DNA of 64,000 nt from contig JAQGDQ010000377.1 in the NCBI GenBank assembly GCA_030141605.1, forward strand, positions 62,001-126,000, in the 5' to 3' direction. The notes under the pieces are model-generated. The model was not told the origin of the DNA. It did not search any database and worked only from the letters and a program-made list of their open reading frames with translations. Positions 22,236 through 54,527 of the stretch are shown here, in pieces; the first letter of the stretch is position 1; each line of letters starts with the position of its first letter. Source of the DNA: Tubiluchus corallicola (taxonomy: Eukaryota; Animalia; Priapulida). A program made the position numbers and the translations under genes.

Positions 22236-24971
22236 GAATTTTCAGCTCTTGACTTCCGCTTTTTTGCACTGTCTTTGCTGCCTTTGCTCATGGACCTTGT
22301 AGATGTTCTTAAAACACTTGCAGAAGTTGAAGCTGCAACAAGTAGCACGCCCGTCATCAGTGCCAGTTTGCCGTGTTGACGACTCTTTAAAACCGACTGT
22401 CTCTATACCACCGGGTTGGCCGTCTGCACCAGCTAATTTACAGCGTTAAAGTAAAGACCGCCCTATATGCAAAGTAGGTTCACGCACCAGTCTATAGCAT
22501 ACTATGCTGTCCACGTAGGCCAACTGTACAAAATGGCTGCCGAGCTTGTTGATTGTCAAGGTCGTTTAAAACATGGAATTGTTTGGGCTTTCAAAACCAA
22601 ATTTGAAGCTAGATTACATTTTGCTCTTTCTTCCTTCTTTATTTACCAAAACGTATCATTCCATGTTTTTAGCCCCAAATCATAAGCAATTGCAACAGAC
22701 AACGACAACATTTAATCCACCACCATGACACGTCCTCACTTCTTCACGCGTCTGACACCGATCAAAAACTGATCACGTGTCCAGGCCAAAAAATCATCAC
22801 AAGGTGGCCAACGCCAACAGCAAGCGAAGGCCGCAAAGCACGCCAATGCCGGATTTCCAGTACAAAAAGTTTTAACGTTTGGTAACCGTAAAGAAGTTGC
22901 AAGACCGTAACAGTAACTTGCCATGATCATAACTGCAAAAGATGTCAAAATACCTGTTACGTTTAAAAGAATTTTTTATCTGAGAAAAAACTTCTGAAAA
23001 AATTAAAAGAATTTTTGACATCTTTTGCTGCGTGGGAAGACTCAGAATCTTTATTTTCAAGCATTTTTAACATTGTCATTTTATATAGGTTAGGATTAGT
23101 ACCCTCCCTACATTTAACTGTTGTTTGCAACTTGTTTGTAAAGCTGTCATCGGTTGTATGTGCCTGGTGCATTAGTAGAAAGCCAACCCAAGTGTGAAAT
23201 TAGTTCACAGCCTTAAGCTAAGCATGTGTTTGATGTCGTGTTAATGTAAAATTTTCATTGTGAGTAGGTGACTATGTACACTAGAGCAGAGAAAGTTAGA
23301 AAACTCACTTTTTGTTCCACTGATATAACGATTACACCCGAGACTAATATAAAAAGTACTCTATCTCCACAAGAAAACCCTTCATAAACATAAAGTTTAA
23401 AAAATTCGTTTTGAAATTTTATATCACCTACAAACTGCCTTTTTGCGTGCAGGATTTCAATCGGCAGTCACGCTGTGTAAAACATGTAAATTTAAACTCC
23501 CGCGACGACCGTTAGACTCAGCCATTTTCATGACAGGTCATTTGAAACAAGTTTAGATAACATTTTGTAAAGTTTGGAAAAATAATCAGAGCATTCGTAG
23601 CGCACAAGTCACTAACTAAATGAAATTTAAAATTACTGTATCATGCCAATAAGATTAAAAATACGTTTTTGGTTAGTGAGTGGCGCACCCTGGAGGGTGA
23701 GTCAGCGACATTTTACCAATTAGTGAAAACATTTTAAATAATTAATAATTTTCGTTTCTAGTTACATAAGTCTTTCTAGCAGGTAAGCGAAAATCTAAGT
23801 AATATAGATTTGCACGGAAAGTCTTGAGACATAATTTAACATTTCCTTTTTTTCCCTTGATTTACGTTTACTACATGACGTCATGTAATGGCGACTTCGG
23901 AACAGTATTGCATGAGATTTAAAATGAAAACAAATAATATTCCTTTCAGTGCGAGTAAGATAAACGCATAAAATTGTTGTAAAGTAATATAATATTTTAA
24001 GGTGATTTTTCTGAAACCTACTTCAGGTGCCCCTTCTTTAAGTATAACATATTTTGACTTCTGACTTTGCCATAGGGAGAGAGTAAAAGCTGGATGGTGA
24101 TATACTGCTATTGGGAAGTTTGCAGTTGTTTTCAAAAAAGAGAGCACCAGCCTCGCAAATCTTTTTAATATTCTTTCGTCAGTCTGCCATTTTAAAGCCT
24201 GTGACATCACGATTTTACTTAAAAATAGAAATACCGTTTTACTCGTAATCTAAGGTCATTTTTAAAACTAAAAAGCGTATAAATTTCAAAAGATGTCTAC
24301 AGTTTGCATATCTAATGCTTGTTTGCATGTCAAAATTCCCAAAAAGAATTTTGGGTCTTCAAAAAACTTCCAATTTTGATTTTAAAATTTTTAAACGTAA
24401 TACATTGGGAGACGTATAAGCTTTTAAACCGAAATTTAATTTTGCAAAAAGGACTCGTCCCCTCAGATGGGTCATACCCACAAGCTTCTGGGCTACCTCT
24501 ATGCAGCATTTTTATGGTATACTGTACAGCCATATAACTAATCATACAATAGCTACCGCCTATTGGCTATCGTACTTAGTATTGTGCGTACTCTACAGTT
24601 CCATCCGATGGAGGTCACATATTCCCAGAGCCCTGTCGTATGACCAGTTATTCTATCGGAGATGCCATCCCCACTTATTACAAAGCCAAAAACCTACTTA
24701 TATATAGACTTACTTCCCTCAAACAGTTTGTGGTACGTTAGAGTTGTTTAGCATTGTTGTCTACGTGTATTTCAAACTTTATCACGTGGCGACATCTTTG
24801 AGTGAGTATTTGTATATTTTTTGCGGTTTCCCAAACAGTTTGTGGTGCGTTATATTCTTTATATTGGTTGCTATGTATTTTTAAATTTTATTCGTGTGGC
24901 GACATCTGTGGTGTGAAGATCTATTCGTGCGTACGTTGGTAAGGCTTTTTGCTAAGTAGTGACGTCATTTG

Positions 24972-25045
24972 TTTGGATGGCACAACGAGTAACGTGTTCG
25001 CCTACAGACATTACGGTTGTGAGTTCAAATCCCGTGAAATGCATT
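24972..25045 (+). mobile_element. tRNA-derived SINE head / tRNA pseudogene
   Basis: A-box-like TGGCACAACGAGT and B-box GAGTTCAAATCCC at tRNA spacing; stems do not pair well. Confidence 0.45.
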
Positions 25046-26352
25046 TCGTAAATAAGTTTCTACCCATTCAAACTCTATGTTTTTACTATGTAGCTTTGGG
25101 TTTTCACTGAATGAATAAAATAAAAAAATGGAAAATGATCAAATGATGAACGATAAGTTGATGCTCATTAATTGACTATATGATTTTGATAAGAGAATTT
25201 ACTTTCAAAAATTCAGAGTCTGATCACCTTCTCTTCTAGTTCTCCTTTTAAATATTTTACTCCAGTTCTCCATACTCATGATCACTATACCGAACTTGCA
25301 TCTACTCATTATTTTATACCACAGCACTATATTAATATTTTTCGGCAAACAACTAAATATAATGCTATAAAACTTTGCTTGAAAATCCCCGATGAATTTA
25401 AAATGTTTAGCTTGATTTTAGTTTTAAAAAATCAGTCAAACATATTTTGTTTGATTGTTGTTCATAATCTACCGAGTAAACGTTTTTCGACGCATCTGTT
25501 GTAAGAATTATTGTTAGTTCAATAGAATTGTGTTAAGAGCTGTTCAATTGTTTCCCTTGAGTGATGTAGTAGTTGTTCCATAAAATTTGACAGGTTTCCC
25601 GAAACAATTGAATTTAGGTAGTTATAGAATGGTGTTATCAGTTGTGGTGTCCACCTGTAGGAGGAAGACTAGAAAGTACTTGCTCCTTCTTTCTTCTTAC
25701 AACAACTTGCTTTTTATTGTTATTATATTATTGTATCGTATGTATATTTATTTGCGTATGATTATATGTTAATGCAACTTATATGTTGAAACTCTATTAT
25801 TTCCCTGTCTATAAGTATAGAAACTGCAATTTTTCTCCTTTTGATAAGCACTTAGGAACAAATTCATTTTAATGTACTGCACTACTCCTCAGTATTATAG
25901 TGTTCATAAAAGATACTTCAGCATGTTGTTCACAGATGGCGGCACCATACTATTGTCCAGAATTGTTAATCCTAAAAGCCAAGTTTAAATAAAGATTATT
26001 ATTATTATCATCATAATCATCGTCGTCGTCATCATCATCATTATTATTATTATTATTATTATTCTGTCCTGGTACAAGCATCAAAATGTTATCCAGGCAA
26101 AACCTCTGTGTTTCCGTCTGAAAGTACATCGATAAGCTAATGTTACCGTTAAACAAATGTAATTATTTCTTGATCGCCGTTGCGTTGATATTTCGACACA
26201 GGCACGACTTCCAAAAATCTCCCATTTTTAAGAACAGCAACCAGAGCGTTGTGAGGTTTGTTAATACTGTACGCATAGCGTTCATGACACATGGAAACAG
26301 TCAGTACGCATCAATCATTACGCATTGTCAGCACAAGGGAGTCCAAGCTTAA

Positions 26353-26996
26353 AGGTAAGAACAAGTCGCTTAGTATGCTGGGTTTATTTTACTGTTATCA
26401 CTTTTAAACTTAGAAAAATATTATAAAGAAATTTGCAATGAACTACATATAAAGCCTAAATTTATAATATGCTACCTCTGAATAGAAATTTTCAGGCGTG
26501 GTGGTTACCGCCATTCACTTGAAAATCATGCAGCAGTTTTCTTTGCAGACAGTCAACACAACTTTCTTTTGCCTGTTCTATGTCAATTAGATTCATTCCT
26601 GGCTTTTTCTTACTGACTGCCTTTGTTGTGCAATGGTGGGCATCTTCTCTTGCGCGTCAAGCACGTTTGCGTAAGTGTTATTGCTTAAATGCGTGATGTC
26701 ACGAAGATGTGCTCTGCGTCATATAACGTCAGAAACTAACGCTGCAATTCATGATCATGTTTATCACAGTAGCACCTTCTATTTGCCGGCCACGCGAATG
26801 TGGCAAAACGGCGCCGCTGCTAATTTTGGTAGATTCACTGAGCTGCGTGTAGCTTTGAAAGTTTAACAAAATTCGAGTATCCGGGGTAAGTATTATTTAA
26901 TCTAAGCTTTGATTTGAAATAAGCTATTGTAATTTTCAATATTTTAGAGCATTCTTTATTCTGAACTCATGTTTACACAATCGTCCGGGTTTCTTT
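26353..26996. mobile_element. TTAA-flanked non-autonomous DNA element (Kolobok-like family, several copies in window)
   Basis: TTAA|AGGTAAGAACAAGTC start shared with 38611 and the 72-bp arrays; internal similarity to 35130-35240, 38740-38850, 48780-48875. Confidence 0.5.
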
Positions 26997-27770
26997 TAAA
27001 GGTAAGTTCCTCAACCACCTGACTGTATGATAAGTGGTACCGGCGTAAACAGCAACGCACGTGACCAGTGACGTCATCACTACGAGATGCTAATCTACAA
27101 AATTCAGAGCATGTTCAACTAGATTGTCTAGTCCAGGAACATCTAAAGAATAATCAATAGTGCAGCACAATAGCATGACGTCACATCACAAGACCCAGCT
27201 TGCACTCTTTGACCACGAAACGTAAACAAAGCTTACAGCCACAAATTTTAAGCATTTACTGTCACTGGTTATGCTAGTATTTTGCGGCAAATATATCAAG
27301 TTACCAAAGATAATAATTAATTAAACTACTGCTCATGCAGGTTGTCGAACATGTGCAGTTCGTCACAAACTAACACAACAGAGGTAGAGCACTGTTTTTT
27401 GTGCAACGCGTTTCCGAAATGCAGACGCGAGAGTCCCTCTAACTAGCGAATGGCGAAATGCAAGTAACAGAGAAGAACTAGTGGCACGAACGTAAAAGTG
27501 TGTTTGTGTGGTAATAGTTCTTTCACATAATTCATTTTTGAAAAAAATAGTTAGATTCCTTTCAATATTTTAAAGTGTAGATTGTTTTGACCTACAGTTT
27601 CAGATTGGGTCCTGTTTTGCTCTAGTTTGAGTTGAAGTTAAGTTTATTGCCATAAAACATTCACACACATAGTACAGAATTTCTATTAGTAAATATAAAT
27701 AAAAAGAAAAAGAAAATGGATGTTTTAGTAAATAATAAAATTTACATAAAAAAGTTCTGGTAAATAAAAT

Positions 27771-29152
27771 AACCATTCTTTCATTCACTCATCCTCCCTC
27801 CCTTCCTTCTTCCTATCCCTAATCTTACTATTTTTTGCATTTCATCATGTCTACTAACCCTAACCATTCTTTCATTCACTCATCCTCCCCTTCCTTCTTC
27901 CTTTCCCTAATCTTACTATTGTTTTGCATTTCATCATGTTTAATAACCCTAACCATTCTTTCATTCGCTCATCCTCCCCTCCCTTCCTTCTTCCTATCCC
28001 TAATCTTACTATTTTTTCCATTCCATCATGTCTACTAACCCTAACCATTCTTTCATTCACTCATCCTCCCTTCCCTTCCTTCTTCCTATCCCTAATCTTA
28101 CTATTTTTTCATTCCATCATGTCTACTAACCCTAACCATTCTTTCATTCACTCATCCTCCCTTCCCTTCCTTCTTCCTATCCCTAATCTTACTATTTTTT
28201 CATTCCATCATGTCTACTAACCCTAACCATTCTTTCATTCGCTCATCCTCCCCTTCCTTCCTTCTTTCTATCCCTAATCTTACTATTTTTTCCATTCCAT
28301 CAAGTCTACTAACCCTAACCATTCTTTCATTCACTCATCCTCCCCTCCCTTCCTTCTTCCTACCCCTAATCTTACTATTTTTCCATTCCATCATGTCTAC
28401 TAACCCTAACCATTCTTTCATTCACTCATCCTCCCTTCCCTTCCTTCTTCCTATCCCTAATCTTACTATTTTTTGCATTCCATCATGTCTACTAACCCTA
28501 ACCATTCTTTCATTCACTCATCCTCCCCTCCCTTCCTTCTTCCTATCCCTAATCTTACTATTTTTTCCATTCCATCATGTCTACTAACCCTAACCATTCT
28601 TTCATTCGCTCATCCTCCCCTCCCTTCCTTCTTCCTACCCCTAAACTTACTATTTTTCCATTCCATCATGTCTGCTAACCCTAACCATTCTTTCATTCAC
28701 TCATCCTCCCCTTCCTTCTTCCTTTCCCTAATCTTACTATTTTTTGCATTTCATCATGTCTACTAACCCTAACCATTCTTTCATTCACTCATCCTCCCCT
28801 CCCTTCCTTCTTCCTACCCCTAAACTTACTATTTTTCCATTCCATCATGTCTGCTAACCCTAACCATTCTTTCATTCACTCATCCTCCCCTTCCTTCTTC
28901 CCATCCCTAATCTTACTATTTTTTCGATTCCATCATGTCTACTAACCCTAACCATTCTTTCATTCACTCATCCTCCCTTCCCTTCTTTCTTCCTATCCCT
29001 AATCTTACTATTTTTTCCATTCCATCATATCTACCAACCCTAGCCATTCTTTAATTCACTCATCCTCCCCTCCCTTCTTTCTTCCTATCCCTAATCTTAC
29101 TATTTTTTCCATTCCATCATATCTACCAACCCTAACCATTCTTTCATTCACT
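27771..29152. repeat. ~92-bp pyrimidine-rich satellite containing AACCCTAACC
   Basis: About 15 tandem copies of TAACCATTCTTTCATTCACTCATCCTCCCCTCCCTTCC...CATGTCTACTAACCC. Confidence 0.95.
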
Positions 29153-29375
29153 ATTTCCTTAACAAGAAACGCTTTCAAGGTTAATGTAGCAATTCAGTTA
29201 TTTGGTTAATTTGACTTCACCATTTGTTTTACATTTTTTTTATTTATTTTAAGTGGATCAACATACAGTACTATTACTGATCGGAGTTTTTCCACTGTGC
29301 AAAAATTACATTTTAGTTGAGAACAGATATATACAACTGGTTATCAAGAATATAGTCACATAAATAGTTAATTCA

Positions 29376-29595
29376 AAAACACAAGTAATTCATTATTTAC
29401 ACTTAATATTGAAATACACGTTTTTTTTTTTTTGTATATTGAAAAACACAAGTAATTCATTATTTACACTTAATATTGAAAAACACAAGTAATTCATTAT
29501 TTACACTTAATATTGAAATACACAAGTAATTCATTATTTACACTTAATATTGAAAAACACAAGTAATTCATTATTTACACTTAATATTGAAATAC
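29376..29595. repeat. ~37-bp minisatellite (AAACACAAGTAATTCATTATTTACACTTAATATTGA)
   Basis: About 5 copies. Confidence 0.9.
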
Positions 29596-30574
29596 GCAAA
29601 GCTCACAGAGTACAGAAGCGATACCAGAAACAATTATCAATGTACATCATTCTATTAGTTACACAAAAGTATGATTGATCAAACAGGTGTTTAATTCAAA
29701 AATCCAAAATTCAAAATAATTCAGGTTACAATTCAATATACAATTACACGTCCAATCAATTAGCAAAACGTTTAGTAGACTTTATGTAGTTCTGCAACAA
29801 TTTGAAGAGAATGCTACTGGATGGATGACCTGGCCTGAGTTTATGAAAAATATCGTTCATGATTTTTTACCTAGTATGCTGTTTTTTTCTCATTATATTG
29901 AATGTTGACGTATTTTATATGTATTGCTGGAGTGAAATATATTGATTTAATTTGACGAAATCGCAAAAGTAATCAGATTTTATATAAATAAATTTTGGCG
30001 CACCAAATAAAAGACAAAAATAAGAAAATTTGTTTAGTGACCTTTTTCTGCTTCCCAGAACTAAGAAAATTACGTGTTGTTCAAACCACACGACTCTGTG
30101 GTCATTATGCAACAGAGGAAATGCACATTTAAACTTACTTATTCAACAAGAATAGTTTCTTTTGATTGTCAGGTATGTTTACTCGTCTATTTGCATAAAA
30201 TCGTGACCGCTTTCGATTTACAGCTAAAAGAAAAGCGTCGGAATTTACACTGAACCTTGACGTAGTCCAGGGTGCAAGGGGGCGCAAAGCAGGGTGGGGA
30301 GGGGAGTGGGGTGCCTTAACTTCTTAATTTAGGAAACCGACAGGCTATAATGATGTGTGATGAGAATACCTTTGGCATTCTGACATAGTTTCTGCATTGG
30401 CGCTATCAAAGTTTCCTCCAATGCAGAAACTAATTCCTGTTCCGGTGGTTAAATTGACTTGTACACCATAAAACTGCTTGTCCTTGGACCTTGGAGCTGC
30501 CACTTCCCGGACGATTTCAATTTTAATGGACAAAATTGAAATTGTCCTGGTCTGCCGCAGGGAGGGAGGACAGG

Positions 30575-30584
30575 TATATAAAAG
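30575..30584 (+). promoter_or_regulatory. TATA box of the lipid-transfer-like gene
   Basis: TATATAAAAG about 160 nt upstream of the signal-peptide ATG at 30737, preceded by GGGAGGGAGG. Confidence 0.6.
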
Positions 30585-30736
30585 CAGGAGAAGGTTCCAG
30601 CTGATAAATTTTAAACAAAGTCACCAATTGATGTGCAAGTAATTTCAGAATCAGACGTATTTTACTTTATCAGACTATATTTACTATATTGACTAGCATA
30701 TAGTTTGTGTATTAAATATCTATACTAACCCCAAGA

Positions 30737-49145
<18,409 letters not shown>

Positions 49146-49161
49146 AATATCCCTCTTTTGT

Positions 49162-49575
<414 letters not shown>

Positions 49576-50999
49576 CTCATCATGTCCCTTCTATTAAGTT
49601 TAATCACCTATTTCATAGCTTTTTATTACTAAATGAAACTACACAAGACTAATAAACGTTTTAAATAGAAATTTTTTAAAAAATAGTTTAAGACCTCAAT
49701 TACAATTACTCTATATTTTCAGGTGACAATTCCATTATTTGGAGTAATCCGGATCCCCTACCCTGGAAGAGTCTGGAATTAGTCCACGAACTGGAAGTAT
49801 TTGTCCAGTTTCTTTTATTTCTTAATTTCGTAATAACTTCGTGCTATTGTGTGCCTTTTTAATGTCTAGATATCTTCCATGGGACCTGTTTTCGTTTTTA
49901 AATGTGCTAAAAATTTTATTGCAGACGTGTAGTTTTTATAGTCATTTGAGACTTTCTGTCACAAGTAAAAGAAATAATTTTTAAATTAAACATTCACGTT
50001 TGTCTTCAATAGTGATCTATTGTTGAAAGATTTTTAAAATATATTTTTATTTCTACAAGCAAAATGTCTTCAAATTTCTTTTAAAATTTTTAAAATATTG
50101 TTGCGGCCACGCTTGGTCAAGGTTGACTTTGCGCATGCGCAAGGTCACTTGCTATAAAAGCGGTGAGCACGTAGGTTACTACGTCTCTGTCGTGCTCACG
50201 TCCACCATGTGTGCTGCTCTTTTCAGTGCTTAACAGGATTGTCGTTTGGGGTAGGTACGGCGTAGTTTGAACCTGATTATTTATCTTTTGTATTTCTTTC
50301 TCTGCACTCCGTCCTAGTGGAATGCAAAGCGCGCCAACGAAAGCTGACTGCTCAGCCGTCTTCGCGGCCCTCGACCCCCTGGCAGCCCCCAGGGGAGGGC
50401 TCCGCAACAATATCTATGAAATTCACAGAACGTTAAAAACCTGAAGTAAGTGTAAAAGGAACGCATCCTGGATTAGTCATCAAATATTTATCATTTTTAC
50501 GCAGCACGTATAACAACAAGCGTGTTTAGACCTGCCCTCAGCATTCTTAGTTTATCATCAAGAATCAGTAAGACGAGGCGCTGAACTAGCACAAATTTAA
50601 AAACAGTCTTTCCGTCGGTTGCCCATGCAATTACCAATCAGGTTCAGTGTAACCTAAACTAAAACCGAACCCAATCTTGAACCATTCAAAAAAATCTACT
50701 CTTTGAAACCCTGAAAGAAAACATAATATTTTTTTCAAAAATGACTTACATGAAAGAATTATTACCACACAAACACAATTTCACGTTCACGCCACTAGTT
50801 CTTCACTGTTACATGCATTTCGCCATTTGCTAATTAGCCGGGCACTAGCGTCTACATTTTGAAAACGTATTGCACAAAAAACAGCTGCGATGCCTCTCAG
50901 TTCATATATGTTAGTTTGTGACGAACTACACACATTCAACAGCTCACGTGTAAGCACAGCGGTAAAACTGAGATTTGAATTTTTATCTGTTTAACTTTT

Positions 51000-51157
51000 A
51001 AGTCAAAGTGCCCATTATGTCTCAAAAAATTATTTTTCACAGAACTTTCGTCCTTCAAGTAAGATTATACAAGTAGATCTCGTCTGATGAAATATGTGAA
51101 GGACGAAAGCTTCTGTGAGAAATAATAAAAATTGAGAGTTAATGGAAACTTTGACTT
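51000..51157. mobile_element. Small fold-back MITE (~58-bp imperfect inverted arms)
   Basis: AAGTCAAAGT...CACAGAACTTTCGTCCTTCA / TGAAGGACGAAAGCTTCTGTG...ACTTTGACTT. Confidence 0.7.
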
Positions 51158-51390
51158 CTATACGTTTACTTTTATCACTCAAACGTTGAAAAATATAAAA
51201 AAAGACTGCAAAATGTTTATAAAATAAAAAGTTAATTTACACTACCGTTGTATAGAAATTTTCAGGCGCGGTGGTAGCCGTCATTCACTTGAAAATTATG
51301 ACGTAACTGGTGGAGTTCGTGGCTTCACATAAGCGCTTACTGATTAAAATAATTCAAACTCCTGCTGCTTGCCTAGTGTATGTAAATCGT

Positions 51391-51655
<265 letters not shown>

Positions 51656-52520
51656 AGCATTAATTATATAGCATTATGTGTTTATCCATTCAAACACGAA
51701 GAAACTAGGCCAAAACAAAAATTTGTTCAGTTATTTCCACCTTATTATTGCACGATTTTCCCTATTTCGTTAATTATTTGATTTGTTAATGCATTACTTT
51801 GCTGTGAATTGTCTAAAGTTTGGAACACTTATTTTCAAAATTCTAAAAATGACGCCCAATATTATTATATTTTGTAATCAATAGAAAACTCAAGCTGTCT
51901 ATGTCTCCTAGCTTCTATATCTCTGTTCAAGATAGTAGTCAAGATAGCAGTCAAGATGTTTCAGCTCTATCTGTTAGTGAGATCCATGTGGCCAGTAATA
52001 TGTTCCTTTATCAATGCACATCAGACGCTTGCAGAAATCTTCAATCTCAATTTTGCCAGCTCAGTAATTAATTCTTCAATGTATAAACTATAACACGTCC
52101 TTATGTATGCCATCAAGCTTCCTGTAGCAATATTGATTTTTGTGTCAAGTTGCAAATACGGGATAAGATGATGAGTGTCAGTTTTTGTCAGGCACGTGTT
52201 TGACTTTGGATCAGCAAATTCATACTGGTAGAAAAACATATTTTCTTTTAAGAGCAGTGAACATGATTCTGTTTTTGTGAGGTTATTAACACTAAGAAAC
52301 CATAGAAAAGTTTGTCATCAATTTTGACTAAACCAAGTCATCGATAAAATAAGTAATCGAAGTACTTTGCATTAAAATCACAAAATAATTTTTTATTAGA
52401 AATCCACGTCTGGTTTGTTTTGCAAACATTTTTACCACCAAATGTCCCTAGAATTTAAAACTCGTGAAAATTTGAATTTTTAAAGACTTGGTTAAAAACA
52501 AAAATGCACTTGTTGAAGCT

Positions 52521-54220
52521 TTACATGTATTTACCGTTGGAATCAGACAACTCGTTTGCATATTGAAAAGAAATAAAACAAAGCTGAATAAAAAGAACAA
52601 CCATTTTTGTTTCGAATGCAGGAGCTGTGCTACGTACAGATATTACGCAGCATTTGTCTGGCATATTTATGTCTTTATAAAAATATTTCACGTCATCAAT
52701 CCAGTTCAGATAATAAGAAATTTTTACGGCCGCATTTACTTTATTAGGATCAGGTTTCTCCACTTCTGTCGGGCAGCGGGTAATAACACCAACCACGTCT
52801 CCTGTTTGTTTTAAGACAACAGGTCCACCCGAATCACCCTGTAAAATGTCGTAAAATTAAATTTCACTCTAAATAAGATCAACAATAACGACAAGATGTA
52901 GTGATCCTAGGGAAGGAGATCAGAGAGGAGAAGTCAACACTAAACACTGCCAGATCTCGTTAAAACTTATTTCCTTTAGTGGGCTTGAACCTTACAAAAA
53001 TAGCCTAACCATATTTTGCATTCACACGTTTATTTGATATTTGTCATATCTGTTGCTCTTTGTTCTATTTTTATTTTGCTTCTTTCTAAACTGCCCCTGA
53101 TGTAGCGTCCGGATGTGGACGCGGATGCGTTTTTCCAGCCTGTGGAAAAAATCAATAGGAAATAGCTGCAGAACAGAATGAGGATGCAGACAGCATAAAC
53201 AGGTGCTTTGAAATCAATATAAACCGATTTTATCAATTCCGCATCCCCTCAAATACATCCGCATCAGCATCCACGTGCGAATGATACATAAAAGCCACGT
53301 GAGACGTCCATTTTTTCATTTTGTTCCTCCCTGAATCGCGCTAAATGAACTGGCTATAGTTTATAGGTTTTACACGTCAAATGTAGACACAGGAAAGTTC
53401 AAATGTAGACATAGGAATTTCGAATGTGTTTTGGTAACTCAAATGTGACTTAGGTAAGTCAAATGTAGACATAGGAATTTCGAATGTGTTTTGGTAATAG
53501 GACATTTGACTTGACATGTGTCTACATTTGACTTACCAAAAACGCTCAAGATTTGTTGAAAGCCATTGTTAACACATTTGAACTGTCTAAGTCTACATTT
53601 GAGTTGCCAAGACACATTTGAATTACCTAAATCTACATTTGAGTTAACGCAGGTCTACATTTGACGTGTAAAACCTATAGTACTTACAGGAGTTAAGATA
53701 GTTTGTGGATGATGTATACAGATGAGAATTGTTTTGTTATATTTACGACAGCTACCCGTGTCAATTACTGTTAATTCAGCCTTTTGTAAACCATCATGTG
53801 CTGGTGCATCTGAAAAAATATATACAAAAGGAAGATAAGAAACTTTTGTTTTAGGTGGGAGTTTAAATGCTCAGATTTTATGCAACGTTGGTACTGAGGC
53901 AAGCTTTGTTTTTGAGATTTATTAAAGAAGAGCAAAATCTTGTGCTTTAGTGATTGATAAACGAGAAAAATAAAAAATGTCTGTAAGCAGCATATTGTAT
54001 TATTTAGTAATAATAATATCAACACCTAAATTGATTAAATAATTGATGTAATTAATGTCAATTAATGCTAGCCGACCTGTTAGCCGTTAATAAGGACATT
54101 TCAATATTGTTAATTATATTGCCGCGCAAATAAGGTGCGCATGTGTAGATGTATATATGCTCAAAATAAAGAGCTACAGTAGAAATAATAACATGAACAA
54201 CAACAACAACGACAGCAACG

Positions 54221-54259
<39 letters not shown>

Positions 54260-54422
54260 CAACAACAACAATAACAGCAGCAACGACAGCAACGACAGCA
54301 ACAACAACAACAACAACAACAACAGCAGCAGCAGCAGCAACAACAACAACAACAACAGCAGCAGCAGCAGCAACAACAACAACAACAACAGCAACAACAA
54401 CAACAACAACAGCAGCAGCAGC

Positions 54423-54480
<58 letters not shown>

Positions 54481-54496
54481 GCAGCAGCAACAACAA

Positions 54497-54527
<31 letters not shown>

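Noticed and set aside
24972-25045. Functional tRNA gene
   Set aside because: A and B boxes are present but the acceptor and anticodon stems do not pair convincingly
51080-51110. CTGATGA...CGAAA resembling a hammerhead core
   Set aside because: The intervening sequence does not form stem II; the region is explained as the loop and arm of a fold-back MITE
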